Shown: one piece after another, positions 20,432 to 30,900 of the stretch
Numbering within the stretch: position 1 is the first letter of the stretch
How the letters are laid out: the number at the start of each line of letters is the position of its first letter
Origin: Candidatus Hydrogenedentota bacterium
Lineage (GTDB): Bacteria > Hydrogenedentota > Hydrogenedentia > Hydrogenedentales > GCA-2746185
Length of the DNA stretch: 64,000 nucleotides
NCBI GenBank assembly: GCA_046583315.1
Contig: JAYGCN010000288.1
Coordinates: forward strand, 1-64,000
Direction of reading: 5' to 3'
Notes under the pieces: model-generated
The model's database searches: none
Told to the model about the DNA's origin: nothing
Seen by the model: only the letters and a program-made list of their open reading frames with translations
Program-made: the position numbers and the translations under genes

Positions 20432-21502
20432 CTACGCCAGCGTCATCTGATCGCCGGGTTGAACGGGCACGCGGAAGTGTTCGGTTGCGAGGGTCTCGCG
20501 GGGCAGTTCGAGGTGGTATTTTTGTTTGTAGATGCGGAAGAGGGTCGCGATTTGTTCGGCGTGGATGCCTGAGCCGCGCATGCGTTGTTTGAAATCGGAG
20601 TCGTAGATTTTGCCGCCGCGCATGGAGCGCATACGGTTGAGGACTTTGTCGCGTTGCCCCGGCGCGTGCTGCTCCAACCACGTGTCGAATAGAGGTGCGA
20701 CAGCGTGGGGGAGGCGCAGCACGATGTAACTGGCGAAATCTGCGCCTGCATCGGCGACGGCTTCAAGGATGGTGGGAATCTCGTGATCGTTGAGTCCCGG
20801 AATGATGGGCGCGACCAATGCACCGACCGAGATTCCGGCGTCGGACAGTTGCCGGATCGCTTCGAGGCGTTGGGAGGGACTTGAGGTGCGCGGCTCGAGC
20901 GTACGGTTCAGTCCGAGGTCGAGTGTGGTCACCGAAACGAAGACGCGCACGCAATTGGTTTCGGTCATTTCCTTGAGGATGTCGATGTCACGGGTGACCA
21001 TCCGATTCTTCGTGATGATGACGACCGGGTTCCGAAAATCGCGGAATACTTCGAGACAGCTCCGCGTGAGTTTGAGTTCGCGTTCGATGGGTTGATAACA
21101 ATCCGTCACGCCCGATAACCCGACGAGCTGCGAAATCCACTTTTTCGCCCGAAGTTCACTGCGGAGCAAATTCGCCGCGTGGTGTTTCACCATGATGCGC
21201 GTTTCGAAATCGAGGCCTGCCGAAAAGTCCAGATACTCATGCGTGGGACGTGCATAACAATAGGCGCAGCCATGTTCACACCCGCGATAGGGATTTACCG
21301 AGGCATCGAATCCGACATCGGGACTCGCGTTGTACGATAAAATCGATTTTGAGGCGTCGGGAAGAAACAACGTCTTCGGTCGCGGGGACTCCTCGTCCTC
21401 CAACCAGTCGGCATCGTCGTAGGGAACAACATCCTTTTCGATAAAGCGATTTGGGACGTTATGAGCGGTACCACGACCACGTGTAGGTTGATTTAGAAGC
21501 AT
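20432..21502 (-). CDS. PA0069-family radical SAM protein (SplB-like, DNA repair associated)
   Basis: NPYRGCEHGCAYCYARPTHEY, GVTDCYQPIE and APIIPGLNDHE motifs. Confidence 0.93.
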   Translation of the reverse strand: MLLNQPTRGRGTAHNVPNRFIEKDVVPYDDADWLEDEESPRPKTLFLPDASKSILSYNASPDVGFDASVNPYRGCEHGCAYCYARPTHEYLDFSAGLDFETRIMVKHHAANLLRSELRAKKWISQLVGLSGVTDCYQPIERELKLTRSCLEVFRDFRNPVVIITKNRMVTRDIDILKEMTETNCVRVFVSVTTLDLGLNRTLEPRTSSPSQRLEAIRQLSDAGISVGALVAPIIPGLNDHEIPTILEAVADAGADFASYIVLRLPHAVAPLFDTWLEQHAPGQRDKVLNRMRSMRGGKIYDSDFKQRMRGSGIHAEQIATLFRIYKQKYHLELPRETLATEHFRVPVQPGDQMTLA

Positions 21503-21509
21503 TTTCGAT

Positions 21510-21561
21510 TACCTGATTTAATGTTCAGGTATAGTGTGCGCCAAATGGCGAGCAATGTCAA
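21510..21561 (-). promoter_or_regulatory. Promoter with a downstream palindromic operator for the radical SAM gene
   Basis: Minus-strand TTGACA (21561-21556), 17 bp spacer, CACACT, then TACCTGA-N8-TCAGGTA (21510-21531). Confidence 0.6.
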
Positions 21562-21576
21562 GACAATATGTAGGCC

Positions 21577-22032
21577 CTAGCGATCCACCTGTATAAACAG
21601 CCCGGTTGCCTTGGCCATGACTACGCCGTCCCTGCCCAAGGTGCCACTCACGCGGATTTTTCGTCCGTCCACGGAGTCGATGGTGGCGGTGAGGTCTACG
21701 GGACCCGCCAGTGGTGTTGGTTTGAGGTAGTCGACGTTGAGATTGGCTGTGACGGCGTAGAGTTGCGGGCCGTTGTCATCACCGACGATGCGCCCTTCGC
21801 GTGCATAGAGGCCAACGATACCCGTGAGGCACATATGGCAGTCGAGCAGGCTGGCGATGATGCCACCGTAAAGAAAATTCGCGCCGCCGTGGTGGTAGGA
21901 TTCGGGTTCCCAGGTGCAGCGAGAGACTTCACCGTCCCAGTAACTCTTTATCTGGTGACCATGCTCATTCAGCGTGCCGCAACCGTAGCACAGTCCCGGC
22001 ATGAGGTCTTCGAGGGATTCGGTGAGGGGCAT
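21577..22032 (-). CDS. PaaI-family hotdog thioesterase
   Basis: CYGCGTLNEHG, YGGIIASLLDCH and VTANLNVDYLKPTP motifs. Confidence 0.9.
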   Translation of the reverse strand: MPLTESLEDLMPGLCYGCGTLNEHGHQIKSYWDGEVSRCTWEPESYHHGGANFLYGGIIASLLDCHMCLTGIVGLYAREGRIVGDDNGPQLYAVTANLNVDYLKPTPLAGPVDLTATIDSVDGRKIRVSGTLGRDGVVMAKATGLFIQVDR

Positions 22033-22133
22033 AGCGTAATTCCTTTCAGCGGAACAAAATGGTATAGACAGATCGTGTGAATTCGGTTAGGATAGATGCA
22101 GACCTACGATAGCAACTGGGAAGGAGTCGGTCA

Positions 22134-22709
22134 ATGTCTGATGCACGTCAAGCTATTCTGGAGATTCGAGAAGCTGAATTGGAGCTGGTGAAGGCGCGCG
22201 AGAAGGTGCTTCAGTTACGTCGTTCAGTGGAGGGGCGCGCCGTGAAGAATTACAAGTTCGGCACACCCGATGGCCCGAAGAGAATGGCGGATTTATTCGA
22301 CGACAAAGAGGACCTCATCGTTATCCACAACATGGGCAAAAGTTGCACCTACTGCACCCTTTGGGGGGATGGGTTCAATGGTCTGACAAAACACTTCGAA
22401 GATCGCGCGGCCTTTGTGGTGGCATCACCGGACTCTGTAGAAGTGCAACAGGAATTCGCGAAGAGTCGCGGGTGTACCTTCAAGATGGTCTCCTGTGAGA
22501 ACAACAATTTCTTCGATGACATGGGATTCCTGAACGAGAAAGAGCGTCCGCAACCCGGCATATCGACCTTCTCCAAGGATTACGCGGATACCATCACGCG
22601 CGCCGGCGCGGCCAACATCGGTCCCGGCGACGATTTCTGCAGCACTTGGCATATCCTGGATATATTGAAGGATGGGGATAAGGATTGGGAGCCGAAGTAC
22701 CAGTACTAA
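22134..22709 (+). CDS. DUF899 family thioredoxin-like protein
   Basis: DLFDDKEDLIVIHNMG-CTYC (CxxC)-WGDGFNG, preceded by a coiled N-terminus; AAGGAG RBS. Confidence 0.85.
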   Translation: MSDARQAILEIREAELELVKAREKVLQLRRSVEGRAVKNYKFGTPDGPKRMADLFDDKEDLIVIHNMGKSCTYCTLWGDGFNGLTKHFEDRAAFVVASPDSVEVQQEFAKSRGCTFKMVSCENNNFFDDMGFLNEKERPQPGISTFSKDYADTITRAGAANIGPGDDFCSTWHILDILKDGDKDWEPKYQY

Positions 22710-22714
22710 ACGCC

Positions 22715-22765
22715 CTTCTCTTTCTTTTCGGGTGAAAAGAAAGAGAAGCAGAAAGAAAAGCCGAT
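22715..22765 (+). repeat. Hairpin plus mirror repeat (potential intrastrand triplex), copy 2
   Basis: CTTCTCTTTCTTTTC-GGGT-GAAAAGAAAGAGAAG-C-AGAAAGAAAAG-CCGAT. Confidence 0.85.
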
Positions 22766-22937
22766 TGGGGGTTGTTTAAGAACGATTCGGATTCTCCAGT
22801 TTGTATCGTACGCATGTGCCGAATTCGCTGTCGTAGTTTTTGACGAAGTGCATGCCCATTTTTTTGCATGATGTTGACAGAGGGGGTGTTTTGCCGTTCT
22901 GTTTCGAGCACAATCATTGCGAAACCCTCATTAAGCC

Positions 22938-22976
22938 AAAAGAAAACCGTGCAATGGCCCTAAGACCATTGCACGG
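22938..22976 (-). terminator. Rho-independent terminator of the downstream oxidoreductase
   Basis: CCGTGCAATGG/CCATTGCACGG 11 bp stem followed on the minus strand by TTTTCTTTT. Confidence 0.85.
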
Positions 22977-22997
22977 CTGGATGTTCCTATTGAACGA

Positions 22998-24392
22998 TTA
23001 CGCTTTCTTGTACGAGCCCAGTTTACCCAGCGACAGCCCGTTCTTGAAGTCGCGCATGACGAACTCGTTGGCGGCATCGTTGTTGGTGACCTTCATGTTT
23101 TTCGCATCCCATTCGAGTTTCTGGCCGGGGAAACGGAGCGACAGGTTGCCCATGACTACCCATTCGGTGAATGGACCGGAGTACTCGAAATTCGAGCCGG
23201 GTTGTGTGCCGTTTTTGATCGCGTTCAGCCATTCAACCTGCGATGATTTCCAGTTGTCCTTGCCGGGAAGCGAAACACGTTCCAGCGATTTTTCGGCGTG
23301 ACGATTGGCACCACGGAATTTATCGCGTGGCAGCAAGCGCGGGTTGCCTGCGTAGGTGTCGCAGGTTGCGTAGCCTTCGGTGCCCACGAACAATGAACCG
23401 TTGTCACCTTCACCCAACTTAACGTCGGCAGCTAGGTCTTTGGGATGCGGAGGCAGGTTGCCGCCGTCGTACCAGAAGATCGTAACCGGTGGTTGAGCAG
23501 GATTCACGCGGGCCGGGAATTCATATTTGATGACTGATTTGGTCGGGAAGGATTCGTCGTTATTGCCTTCCACCGAAATTAGTTCAACACTTGTCGGGCC
23601 GACTTGGCTGAGGTTCAATGCCCAGTTTGGCGCATCCGCAATGTGGCAAGCCATGTCGCCTAAGGCACCGGCACCGTATTCCCACCATCCACGCCAGCTG
23701 AAGGGGAGGTATGCACTGTTGTAGGGTCGGTGTTCCGTTACGCCTTGCCACAGATTCCAATCAAGCGTTTCGGGAACATCTTGTGCCTCAGTCGGAGCCG
23801 CGATGCCCTGCGGCCAAACCGGACGATTCGTCCAGATGTGTACTTCGGTTACATCACCAATCATGCCGCTCCAGATATCTTCGCACATCGTGCGCACGCC
23901 GTCGCCCGCGTGACCCTGGTTACCCATCTGCGTGATGGCACCGGTCTCGCGTGCGGTCAAGGTGAGGTGACGCGCTTCACCGATGCTGTAGGTCAAAGGT
24001 TTCTGGACGTATACATGTTTGCCCATACGCATCGCGTAGTCAGCGGCGTAGGCGTGGAAGTGGTCCGGTGTCGAAATGGTCACCGCATCAATTTCAGGAT
24101 GCTTGTCGAGCATGTCACGGAAGTTAGCATACTTGTCCGCCTTTTCGAACTCGGCAAAGGCTTTCGCGGCGCGTTTTGAGTCCACATCGGCCAGCGCGAC
24201 GATATTTTCGTCGGCACACGCATTGATATCCGAGTCGCCTTTACCACCCGCACCAATCGCGGCGACGTTCAGCTTGGAAGCCGCGAGCGTATAGTTCGGG
24301 TTGTGGGTGTGAAACGGTTTTTTGAGTTGCAAAGCGACAGCCGCTGCGGCCGATCCTTTGAGAAAACTTCGACGTGTTAATTTTTTGGCCAT
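22998..24392 (-). CDS. Tat-exported Gfo/Idh/MocA oxidoreductase (paralog 2)
   Basis: LTRRSFLK Tat motif; IGAGGKG, STPDHFH, QKPLT, QMGNQG and GALGDMACH. Confidence 0.93.
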   Translation of the reverse strand: MAKKLTRRSFLKGSAAAAVALQLKKPFHTHNPNYTLAASKLNVAAIGAGGKGDSDINACADENIVALADVDSKRAAKAFAEFEKADKYANFRDMLDKHPEIDAVTISTPDHFHAYAADYAMRMGKHVYVQKPLTYSIGEARHLTLTARETGAITQMGNQGHAGDGVRTMCEDIWSGMIGDVTEVHIWTNRPVWPQGIAAPTEAQDVPETLDWNLWQGVTEHRPYNSAYLPFSWRGWWEYGAGALGDMACHIADAPNWALNLSQVGPTSVELISVEGNNDESFPTKSVIKYEFPARVNPAQPPVTIFWYDGGNLPPHPKDLAADVKLGEGDNGSLFVGTEGYATCDTYAGNPRLLPRDKFRGANRHAEKSLERVSLPGKDNWKSSQVEWLNAIKNGTQPGSNFEYSGPFTEWVVMGNLSLRFPGQKLEWDAKNMKVTNNDAANEFVMRDFKNGLSLGKLGSYKKA

Positions 24393-24521
24393 GATGCGAT
24401 CCTTTTCGAACAGTTGGACGTGACAATACGACCGGGATGGGCGTATCCACAAAGCATATCGAAAATACTGGGGATGATCAATGCCTGTTTTATGTCGGAA
24501 ATCGTGGTTCGGCATCCGGCC

Positions 24522-24564
24522 AAAAGGAAACCGCGCGAAGACTCGATCAGGGTCTCCGCGCGGT
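24522..24564 (-). terminator. Rho-independent terminator between the two oxidoreductase paralogs
   Basis: ACCGCGCG...CGCGCGGT stem followed on the minus strand by TTCCTTTT. Confidence 0.7.
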
Positions 24565-24587
24565 GACTTATGATGTATGAATCTGAT

Positions 24588-25964
24588 CTAGGCCTTGTAT
24601 GAGCCCAGTTTGCCCAACTTGAAGCCGTTTTTATAGTCACGCATGACGAATTTGTTGGCTTTTTTGTTGTTGGTCACTTTCATATTCTCGGCATCCCACA
24701 GCAATTTCTGACCCGGGAAGCGTAATGACAGGTTACCCATGACCACCCATTCGGTGAAGGGGCCGGAGTAATCGAAGTTCGAACCTGGTTTCGTGCCGCT
24801 CTTGATGGCTTCGATCCATTCGCGGTAGGGGGATTTGCCCTTGTTTTTCACCTGAACGCGTTCGATGGTCTGCTCAGGTTTAACAAAGTTCTTGAACTTA
24901 CTTTCCGGTAGAAGACGTGGACGGTCACCGTAGGTGTCGCAGGTCGCGTATCCATCGGTACCCACGAACAGCGTGCCGTTGTCGCCTTCACCGAGCTGCA
25001 CGTCAGCCGGAATATCCTTCGGACGCGGAGGCAGGTTGCCGCCGTCATACCAGTAGAGATCCACGGGCGGCTGATCGCCACGTGCCGGGAATTCATACTT
25101 GATGACCGACTTATTCGGGAAGGTTTCGTCATTGAGGCCATCGGAGGAGAGCAGTTCTACGCTGATAGGGCCAACCGAACTGAGGTTGAGCGCCCAGTTC
25201 GCGGGGTCAGCAATGTGGCACGCCATATCGCCGAGCGCACCGGCACCATAATCCCACCAGCCACGCCAGTTGAACGGCAAGTACTTGCGACTGTAAGGGC
25301 GGTGTGGAGCTGGACCTTGCCAGAGATCCCAGTCAAGAGTTTCGGGAACCTTATCCACTCTGTCCGGGCGACCGATGCCTTGCGGCCATACCGGACGATT
25401 GGTCCAAATGTGTGCTTCTTTGATGTCGCCAATCGCGCCGCTCCAGATGAGTTCGCACATGTCGCGCACGCCGTTGAAGCTGTGGCCCTGATTACCCATT
25501 TGAGTGATGGCACCCGTTTCACGTGCGGTCAGAGTCAGGTGACGCGCTTCACCGATGCTGTAGGTCAGAGGCTTTTGGCAATATACGTGTTTGCCCTGGC
25601 GCATCGCGTAATCGGCGGCGTAGGCGTGGAAGTGATCCGGCGTTGAAACAGTGACGGCGTCAATCTCCGGATGTTTATCCAACATTTCGCGGAAGTCTTT
25701 GTAACGTTTAGCTTTCGGCATTTCTTCGAAGGTGCGTCGCGCGTTCTTCCAGTCGACGTCAGACAGTGCAACGATATTTTCGTCCGCACAACCGTTCGTG
25801 TCGGCGTGGCCTTTACCGCCCGCTCCAATCGCAGCGATATTCAGCTTGGAGGCTGCCAAGGTGTAATTCGGATTGTGGGTGTGGAATGGTTTTTTGAGTT
25901 GTGAAGCGACAGCAGCCGCAGCTGTGCCTTTCAGAAAGCCTCGACGGGTGAGTTTTTTTGCCAT
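24588..25964 (-). CDS. Tat-exported Gfo/Idh/MocA oxidoreductase (paralog 1)
   Basis: LTRRGFLK Tat motif and the same catalytic motifs as its neighbour. Confidence 0.93.
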   Translation of the reverse strand: MAKKLTRRGFLKGTAAAAVASQLKKPFHTHNPNYTLAASKLNIAAIGAGGKGHADTNGCADENIVALSDVDWKNARRTFEEMPKAKRYKDFREMLDKHPEIDAVTVSTPDHFHAYAADYAMRQGKHVYCQKPLTYSIGEARHLTLTARETGAITQMGNQGHSFNGVRDMCELIWSGAIGDIKEAHIWTNRPVWPQGIGRPDRVDKVPETLDWDLWQGPAPHRPYSRKYLPFNWRGWWDYGAGALGDMACHIADPANWALNLSSVGPISVELLSSDGLNDETFPNKSVIKYEFPARGDQPPVDLYWYDGGNLPPRPKDIPADVQLGEGDNGTLFVGTDGYATCDTYGDRPRLLPESKFKNFVKPEQTIERVQVKNKGKSPYREWIEAIKSGTKPGSNFDYSGPFTEWVVMGNLSLRFPGQKLLWDAENMKVTNNKKANKFVMRDYKNGFKLGKLGSYKA

Positions 25965-26290
25965 GAATGGGTCCTCTTATGTTGCAATGACAGGGTATAA
26001 ATACAGTTGTATCGCCTTACACGCAATACCCGTCAAGCATAACCAAAAAGTTTTGTCCGATCAATCCCCTATTGTAGAAGAAAACAGGTGTCGGTGAATC
26101 CCGTTGAGTCCCATTCCAGATCCCCCTAAAGAATTGAAAATTAAGGAGATACCCTGTATGATATTGTCCTCGATTCAGAGTGTTTTTTGATAGGCTGAGG
26201 GAAACTGTTGACGAATCGAAGCTGCGACGCTGAGAAGCGTTCTTTTTTGTTCGTAACATAAGTATTGACAGTTAGTTATAAGGATTACAT

Positions 26291-27943
26291 GTGAGCACTA
26301 TTTCGACCCAAAATACCGTTGGAAACCGTCCAATAGCCGGATTCACCTCCGAAGAGGCCGTGGCCCAAGCCCGAAATGACCGCTCGATGGGTGATCTAAT
26401 CGGGCAGATCGATGCCGGATTGGCCGTAATCGCTTCGGGTGACCAATTGGAATGCGTATACGCCGTGGACATCTCCGCGGCCTCTTCCGAACAGGTCAAC
26501 ATCCCTGTGCTCGGCACCATCGCTGCCGTCAATCCTGCAACCTTGGGCGATCCGAGTTTCTGTCAAGATCACGGGCTGCGATTCGCGTATGTCGCGGGTG
26601 CCATGGCCAACGGAATCGCGTCCGTCGAAGTCGTGGAGGCGATGAGTCGCGGTGGAATGCTCGGATTTTTTGGTGCAGCAGGACTCGTCGTGCCACAGGT
26701 CGAGCACGCGGTTGATAGACTCAAGGCATCTCTCGGCGATGAACCCTTTGGCGTGAATCTGATTCACTCGCCCAACGAGTCTGCCGTGGAAATGGCCATC
26801 GCGGATATGATGCTGGACAAAGGCGTTCATTTGATAGAGGCGTCGGCGTTTTTGAAAATTACTCCGGCTGTTGTCAAATACAGACTCACCGGAATTCACC
26901 GTGCTGAAGATGGCACGATGGTAACGCCGAACAAGATTGTGGCGAAGGTTTCACGCGAAGAGCTGGCCGAAAAATTCTTCTCTCCGGCACCCGAAAAGAT
27001 CGTGCAAAAATTGCTTGATGCCGGAGAAATTACGGCAGAGGAAGCAGAACTTTCTAAACACGTTCCCATTGCGCAAGACATTACCGCTGAAGCCGACTCA
27101 GGCGGTCATACCGATCATCGTCCCGCGCTCTCCTTGTTGCCAACGCTTCTTTCCTTGCGTGACCGTATGCAAACAGAACACGGATATGATGTGCCGTTGC
27201 GTGTCGGTCTTGGCGGAGGCATATCTACGCCGGAATCCGCCGTCGCTGCATTTGTGATGGGTGCGGCCTATATCGTTACGGGTACGGTGAATCAGGCCTG
27301 CCAGGAATCGGGGACTTCTGACCTCGTACGCCAGATGCTTTCTGAAACCAAACAGGCCGACGTCGCCAAGGCGCCCGCCGCGGACATGTTTGAAATGGGC
27401 GTGACGGTGCAAGTGGTGAAACGCGGTACCATGTTTGCCATGCGGGGCAATAAGCTATACGAACTCTATCGCGCCTACAACAGCCTTGAAGAAATTCCTC
27501 AGGCCGAACGGGAAAAGCTGGAGAAGCAGGTATTTCGGGCGACCTTTGAGGAAACGTGGGCGAGTACGAAAGCATTCTTCGAAGAACGCGACCCGCGCCA
27601 GATTGTACGTGCCGAGGAAAATCCCAAACATAAAATGGCGCTCGTGTTTCGTTCGTATCTTGGGCAGGCGTCGATGTGGGCAAATCGCGGTGTCGAAGAT
27701 CGCAAGATGGATTTTCAAATCTGGTGTGGCCCGGCCATGGGCGCGTTCAACGAATGGGCCAGCGGTTCGTTTCTGGAAGAGTACACCCAGCGCGGCGTGG
27801 AAGTCGTCGGCAAGAATATTCTCTACGGCGCGGCGGTATTAACCCGTGTGCAACAGGCCCGCAATCTCGGCCTGCGTGTTACGGCAACAGACCTGAATCT
27901 TCAGCCCCGTTCGCTCGACGAGTTGAGCGGCTTTTTCGAATAG
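26291..27943 (+). CDS. pfaD: PfaD-family enoyl reductase (PUFA/polyketide synthase)
   Basis: YVAGAMANGIAS, EASAF, AEADSGGHTD, APAADMFEMG and DFQIWCGPAMGAFN motifs; exact start uncertain. Confidence 0.95.
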   Translation: MSTISTQNTVGNRPIAGFTSEEAVAQARNDRSMGDLIGQIDAGLAVIASGDQLECVYAVDISAASSEQVNIPVLGTIAAVNPATLGDPSFCQDHGLRFAYVAGAMANGIASVEVVEAMSRGGMLGFFGAAGLVVPQVEHAVDRLKASLGDEPFGVNLIHSPNESAVEMAIADMMLDKGVHLIEASAFLKITPAVVKYRLTGIHRAEDGTMVTPNKIVAKVSREELAEKFFSPAPEKIVQKLLDAGEITAEEAELSKHVPIAQDITAEADSGGHTDHRPALSLLPTLLSLRDRMQTEHGYDVPLRVGLGGGISTPESAVAAFVMGAAYIVTGTVNQACQESGTSDLVRQMLSETKQADVAKAPAADMFEMGVTVQVVKRGTMFAMRGNKLYELYRAYNSLEEIPQAEREKLEKQVFRATFEETWASTKAFFEERDPRQIVRAEENPKHKMALVFRSYLGQASMWANRGVEDRKMDFQIWCGPAMGAFNEWASGSFLEEYTQRGVEVVGKNILYGAAVLTRVQQARNLGLRVTATDLNLQPRSLDELSGFFE

Positions 27944-27980
27944 ATCGAAACGAACCAGGCAGTGCAAAGGAGTCGTCCCA

Positions 27981-30900
27981 GTGAGTGACGCGACCGACAA
28001 GAACAAAGCGAACGGTGAACAGCTCAAACCTTTGGCCATCGTGGGCATCGGCAGCATGTTCCCCAAAGCGCAGGACCTTGAACAATACTGGTCCAACATC
28101 AAGGAAGGTGTGGACGCGATCACGGAGGTGCCGGACTCGCACTGGAGCCCGGACGACTACTACGACGCCGATCAGAAACGTCCCGACTTCACCTACGGTC
28201 GCCGCGGGGGCTTTATCGAACCCTACAAATTCGACCCGCTCAAATACGGCATGCCGCCGACCACCATCGAAGCGACCGACACCGCTCAACTGCTCGGTAT
28301 GGTTGTGGCCGAACAAGCGATGGAAGATGCGGGCTATGGAGTGACGGACGATTTTGATCGTGATAAAGTCAGCGTGATCCTCGGTGTCACGGGTGCGTTG
28401 GAGCTCGTTATCCCTCTTGGCGCACGTTTGAGTCATCCGCAATGGCGCAAGGCGATGCAGGACGCGGGTATGGAAGCGGCTCAGATCGAAGATGCCATGT
28501 CACGCATGAGCGATTCTTATGTGGATTGGCAGGAGGCATCGTTTCCCGGACTGCTCGGCAATGTCGTGGCCGGACGCATCTCGAAATACCTGAATACGGG
28601 TGGCACGAATTGCGTGGTGGATGCGGCCTGTGCGAGTTCTTTCAGCGCGTTGCATCTTGCTGCATTGGAACTCGAATCCGGCAAGGCCGACATGGTCATC
28701 ACCGGCGGCACAGATACTTTCAACGATATTTTCATGTACATGTGTTTCTCGAAAACGCCTGCACTGTCGCCGACAGGAAATTCCAAACCATTCGCCAATG
28801 ATTGCGATGGCACGATTCTCGGCGAAGGCCTGGGCATGGTTGTGCTCAAACGTCTCGAGGATGCCGAACGTGACGACGATAAAATTTACGCCGTGCTCAA
28901 AGGCGTGGGATCGTCGAGCGATGGTAAAGGCGATGCTATCTATGCGCCAAGCTCACCCGGACAAAAGAAATGCCTCGAATCAGCCTACCGTGCGGCCGGC
29001 GTAACCCCGGACACTATCGAATTGCTTGAAGCACATGGTACCGGCACGATGAAGGGCGATGCGGTGGAAGCGTCTGCCCTGTGCGATGTCTACGGAAACG
29101 GAAGCGAACGTGTCGGCACATGGTGCGCGCTTGGTTCCGTGAAATCACAGATCGGTCACACGAAATCGTCAGCGGGTGCTGCTGGACTCATCAAAGCCGT
29201 TCTCAGTCTTTACAACAAAGTATTGCCTCCGACCATCAAAGTTGATCAGCCTGCGGATGCCGTCGCTCCGGGCACGACACCCTTCTACGTCAACACAACA
29301 AAACGTCCCTGGGTCAGTAGCGATGGTCACCCACGTCGTGCGGGCGTCAGCGCCTTCGGTTTTGGAGGCAGCAATTTCCATTTAGTGTTGGAAGAATATG
29401 TGCCCAAGAAAACCGAGGTCGATTGGGATGGATTGACCCAGATACTCGCCTATTCCACCGACACGCCCGAAGAACTCAAGGTGACGGTCAATAAAGTTGC
29501 TGACTCTGACTGGGCCACGTTGCGCGCGGAAGCGAAACTGAGCCGCGAATCCTTTGATGCGACTAAGAATTGCCGTCTTGTGCTTGTAATCGAGTGTGGC
29601 AAATCGAATTTCTCAAAACTGAAGTCCGCCGTGACCGCTGGCTTTGACAAACACGGCGGCACCGAATCCTGGTCATCGCCCGAAGGCATTTACTACGGCA
29701 CGGGCACGCCCGACGGACAACTCGCATTTATATTCCCCGGACAGGGCGCGCAATATACCGACATGCTGAAGGATCTCGCTTGTCAGTTCCCCGAAATGAT
29801 CGATGCACTCGATCTCGCGGACGAGGTCTACGGAATCGGGGAAGACGGTACACGACTCAGCGATCGCATCTATCCGCACCCAACCTTTGACAAAGAATTC
29901 GCCAAACGAGATACCGCCGCGCTCACGAAAACCGGCGTTGCGCAACCCGCTATTGGTTGCGTCAGTCTCGGAGCGATGAATGTGCTGAGCCGTTTTGACA
30001 TTGCACCCGAAGCCGCCGCTGGACACAGCTACGGCGAATTGACCGCGCTTCATGCGGGAGGCGTACTTACCGCCGATGGACTCGTGCAAGCCTCGAAGCT
30101 TCGCGGTGAACTCATGGGAGCAGGCGAGGGTGATTGCGGAACGATGCTCGCTGTGCGCGGGGACATTGCAGCGACCCAGGCTGTCATCAATGAAGAAGAA
30201 CTCGATGTCGTCATTGCCAACAAGAATTCTCCTGAGCAAGCGGTGCTTTCCGGTACGACGGAAGCGATTCAACAAGCCAAAGGCGTATTTGACGCGCGCA
30301 AGATTTCCAGTACCCCGCTCACTGTCGCTGCGGCGTTCCACTCGAAGCTGGTGGCCGATGCTGCGAAACCTTTCGCTGAGGGACTGGCCGACGTGGAATT
30401 TTCGAAAGCGACGATTCCGATATTTTCAAACACAACAGGCGAACAGTATCCGAAAGATATCAAAGAAGCCCGCACACTTCTCGCCAATCAGCTCGCGAAT
30501 CCAGTTGAATTCGTCAACGAAATTACGGCGCTTTATAAATCCGGCGTACGCACCTTTATCGAAGTGGGACCCGGCGCACGCATGACGGGACTCATAAAAG
30601 CGATTCTCAAAGACACGTCGCCTAATGCTTACGCCCTCGACGCATCAAACGGTAAACAGTCGGGCATCACTGACCTCGCGAAAACGCTCGCGCAAACGGC
30701 CGCGCTGGGACATACGGTCGATCTGGCACCGTGGGACGAACATTTTGTTGTGCCGCCTGCGTCCGACGGCAAGAAACGCCTTATCCTGGAACTGACCGGC
30801 GCCAACTATCGGTCCGACAAATCGCTCAAGCGTATGGAGAAAGCCGCTACGCCGCCGAAACCTGTGGCACCTGCAACTCCGGCATCTCAGCAAGCAGTGG

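Noticed and set aside
15837..22032. PaaI thioesterases as release enzymes for the Pfa synthase
   Set aside because: They are in separate transcription units 4-10 kb away and nothing in the sequence links them
22766..22935. Possible IS remnant or MITE in the convergent intergenic gap (ORF 22594-22917)
   Set aside because: No convincing terminal inverted repeats, target duplication or transposase motif
26190..26250. Riboswitch or attenuator upstream of pfaD (GGAAAC...GAA; ACGCT-GAGA-AGCGT plus T-run)
   Set aside because: Key c-di-GMP aptamer elements are missing and the stem is only 5 bp; the nearby TTGACA has no clear -10
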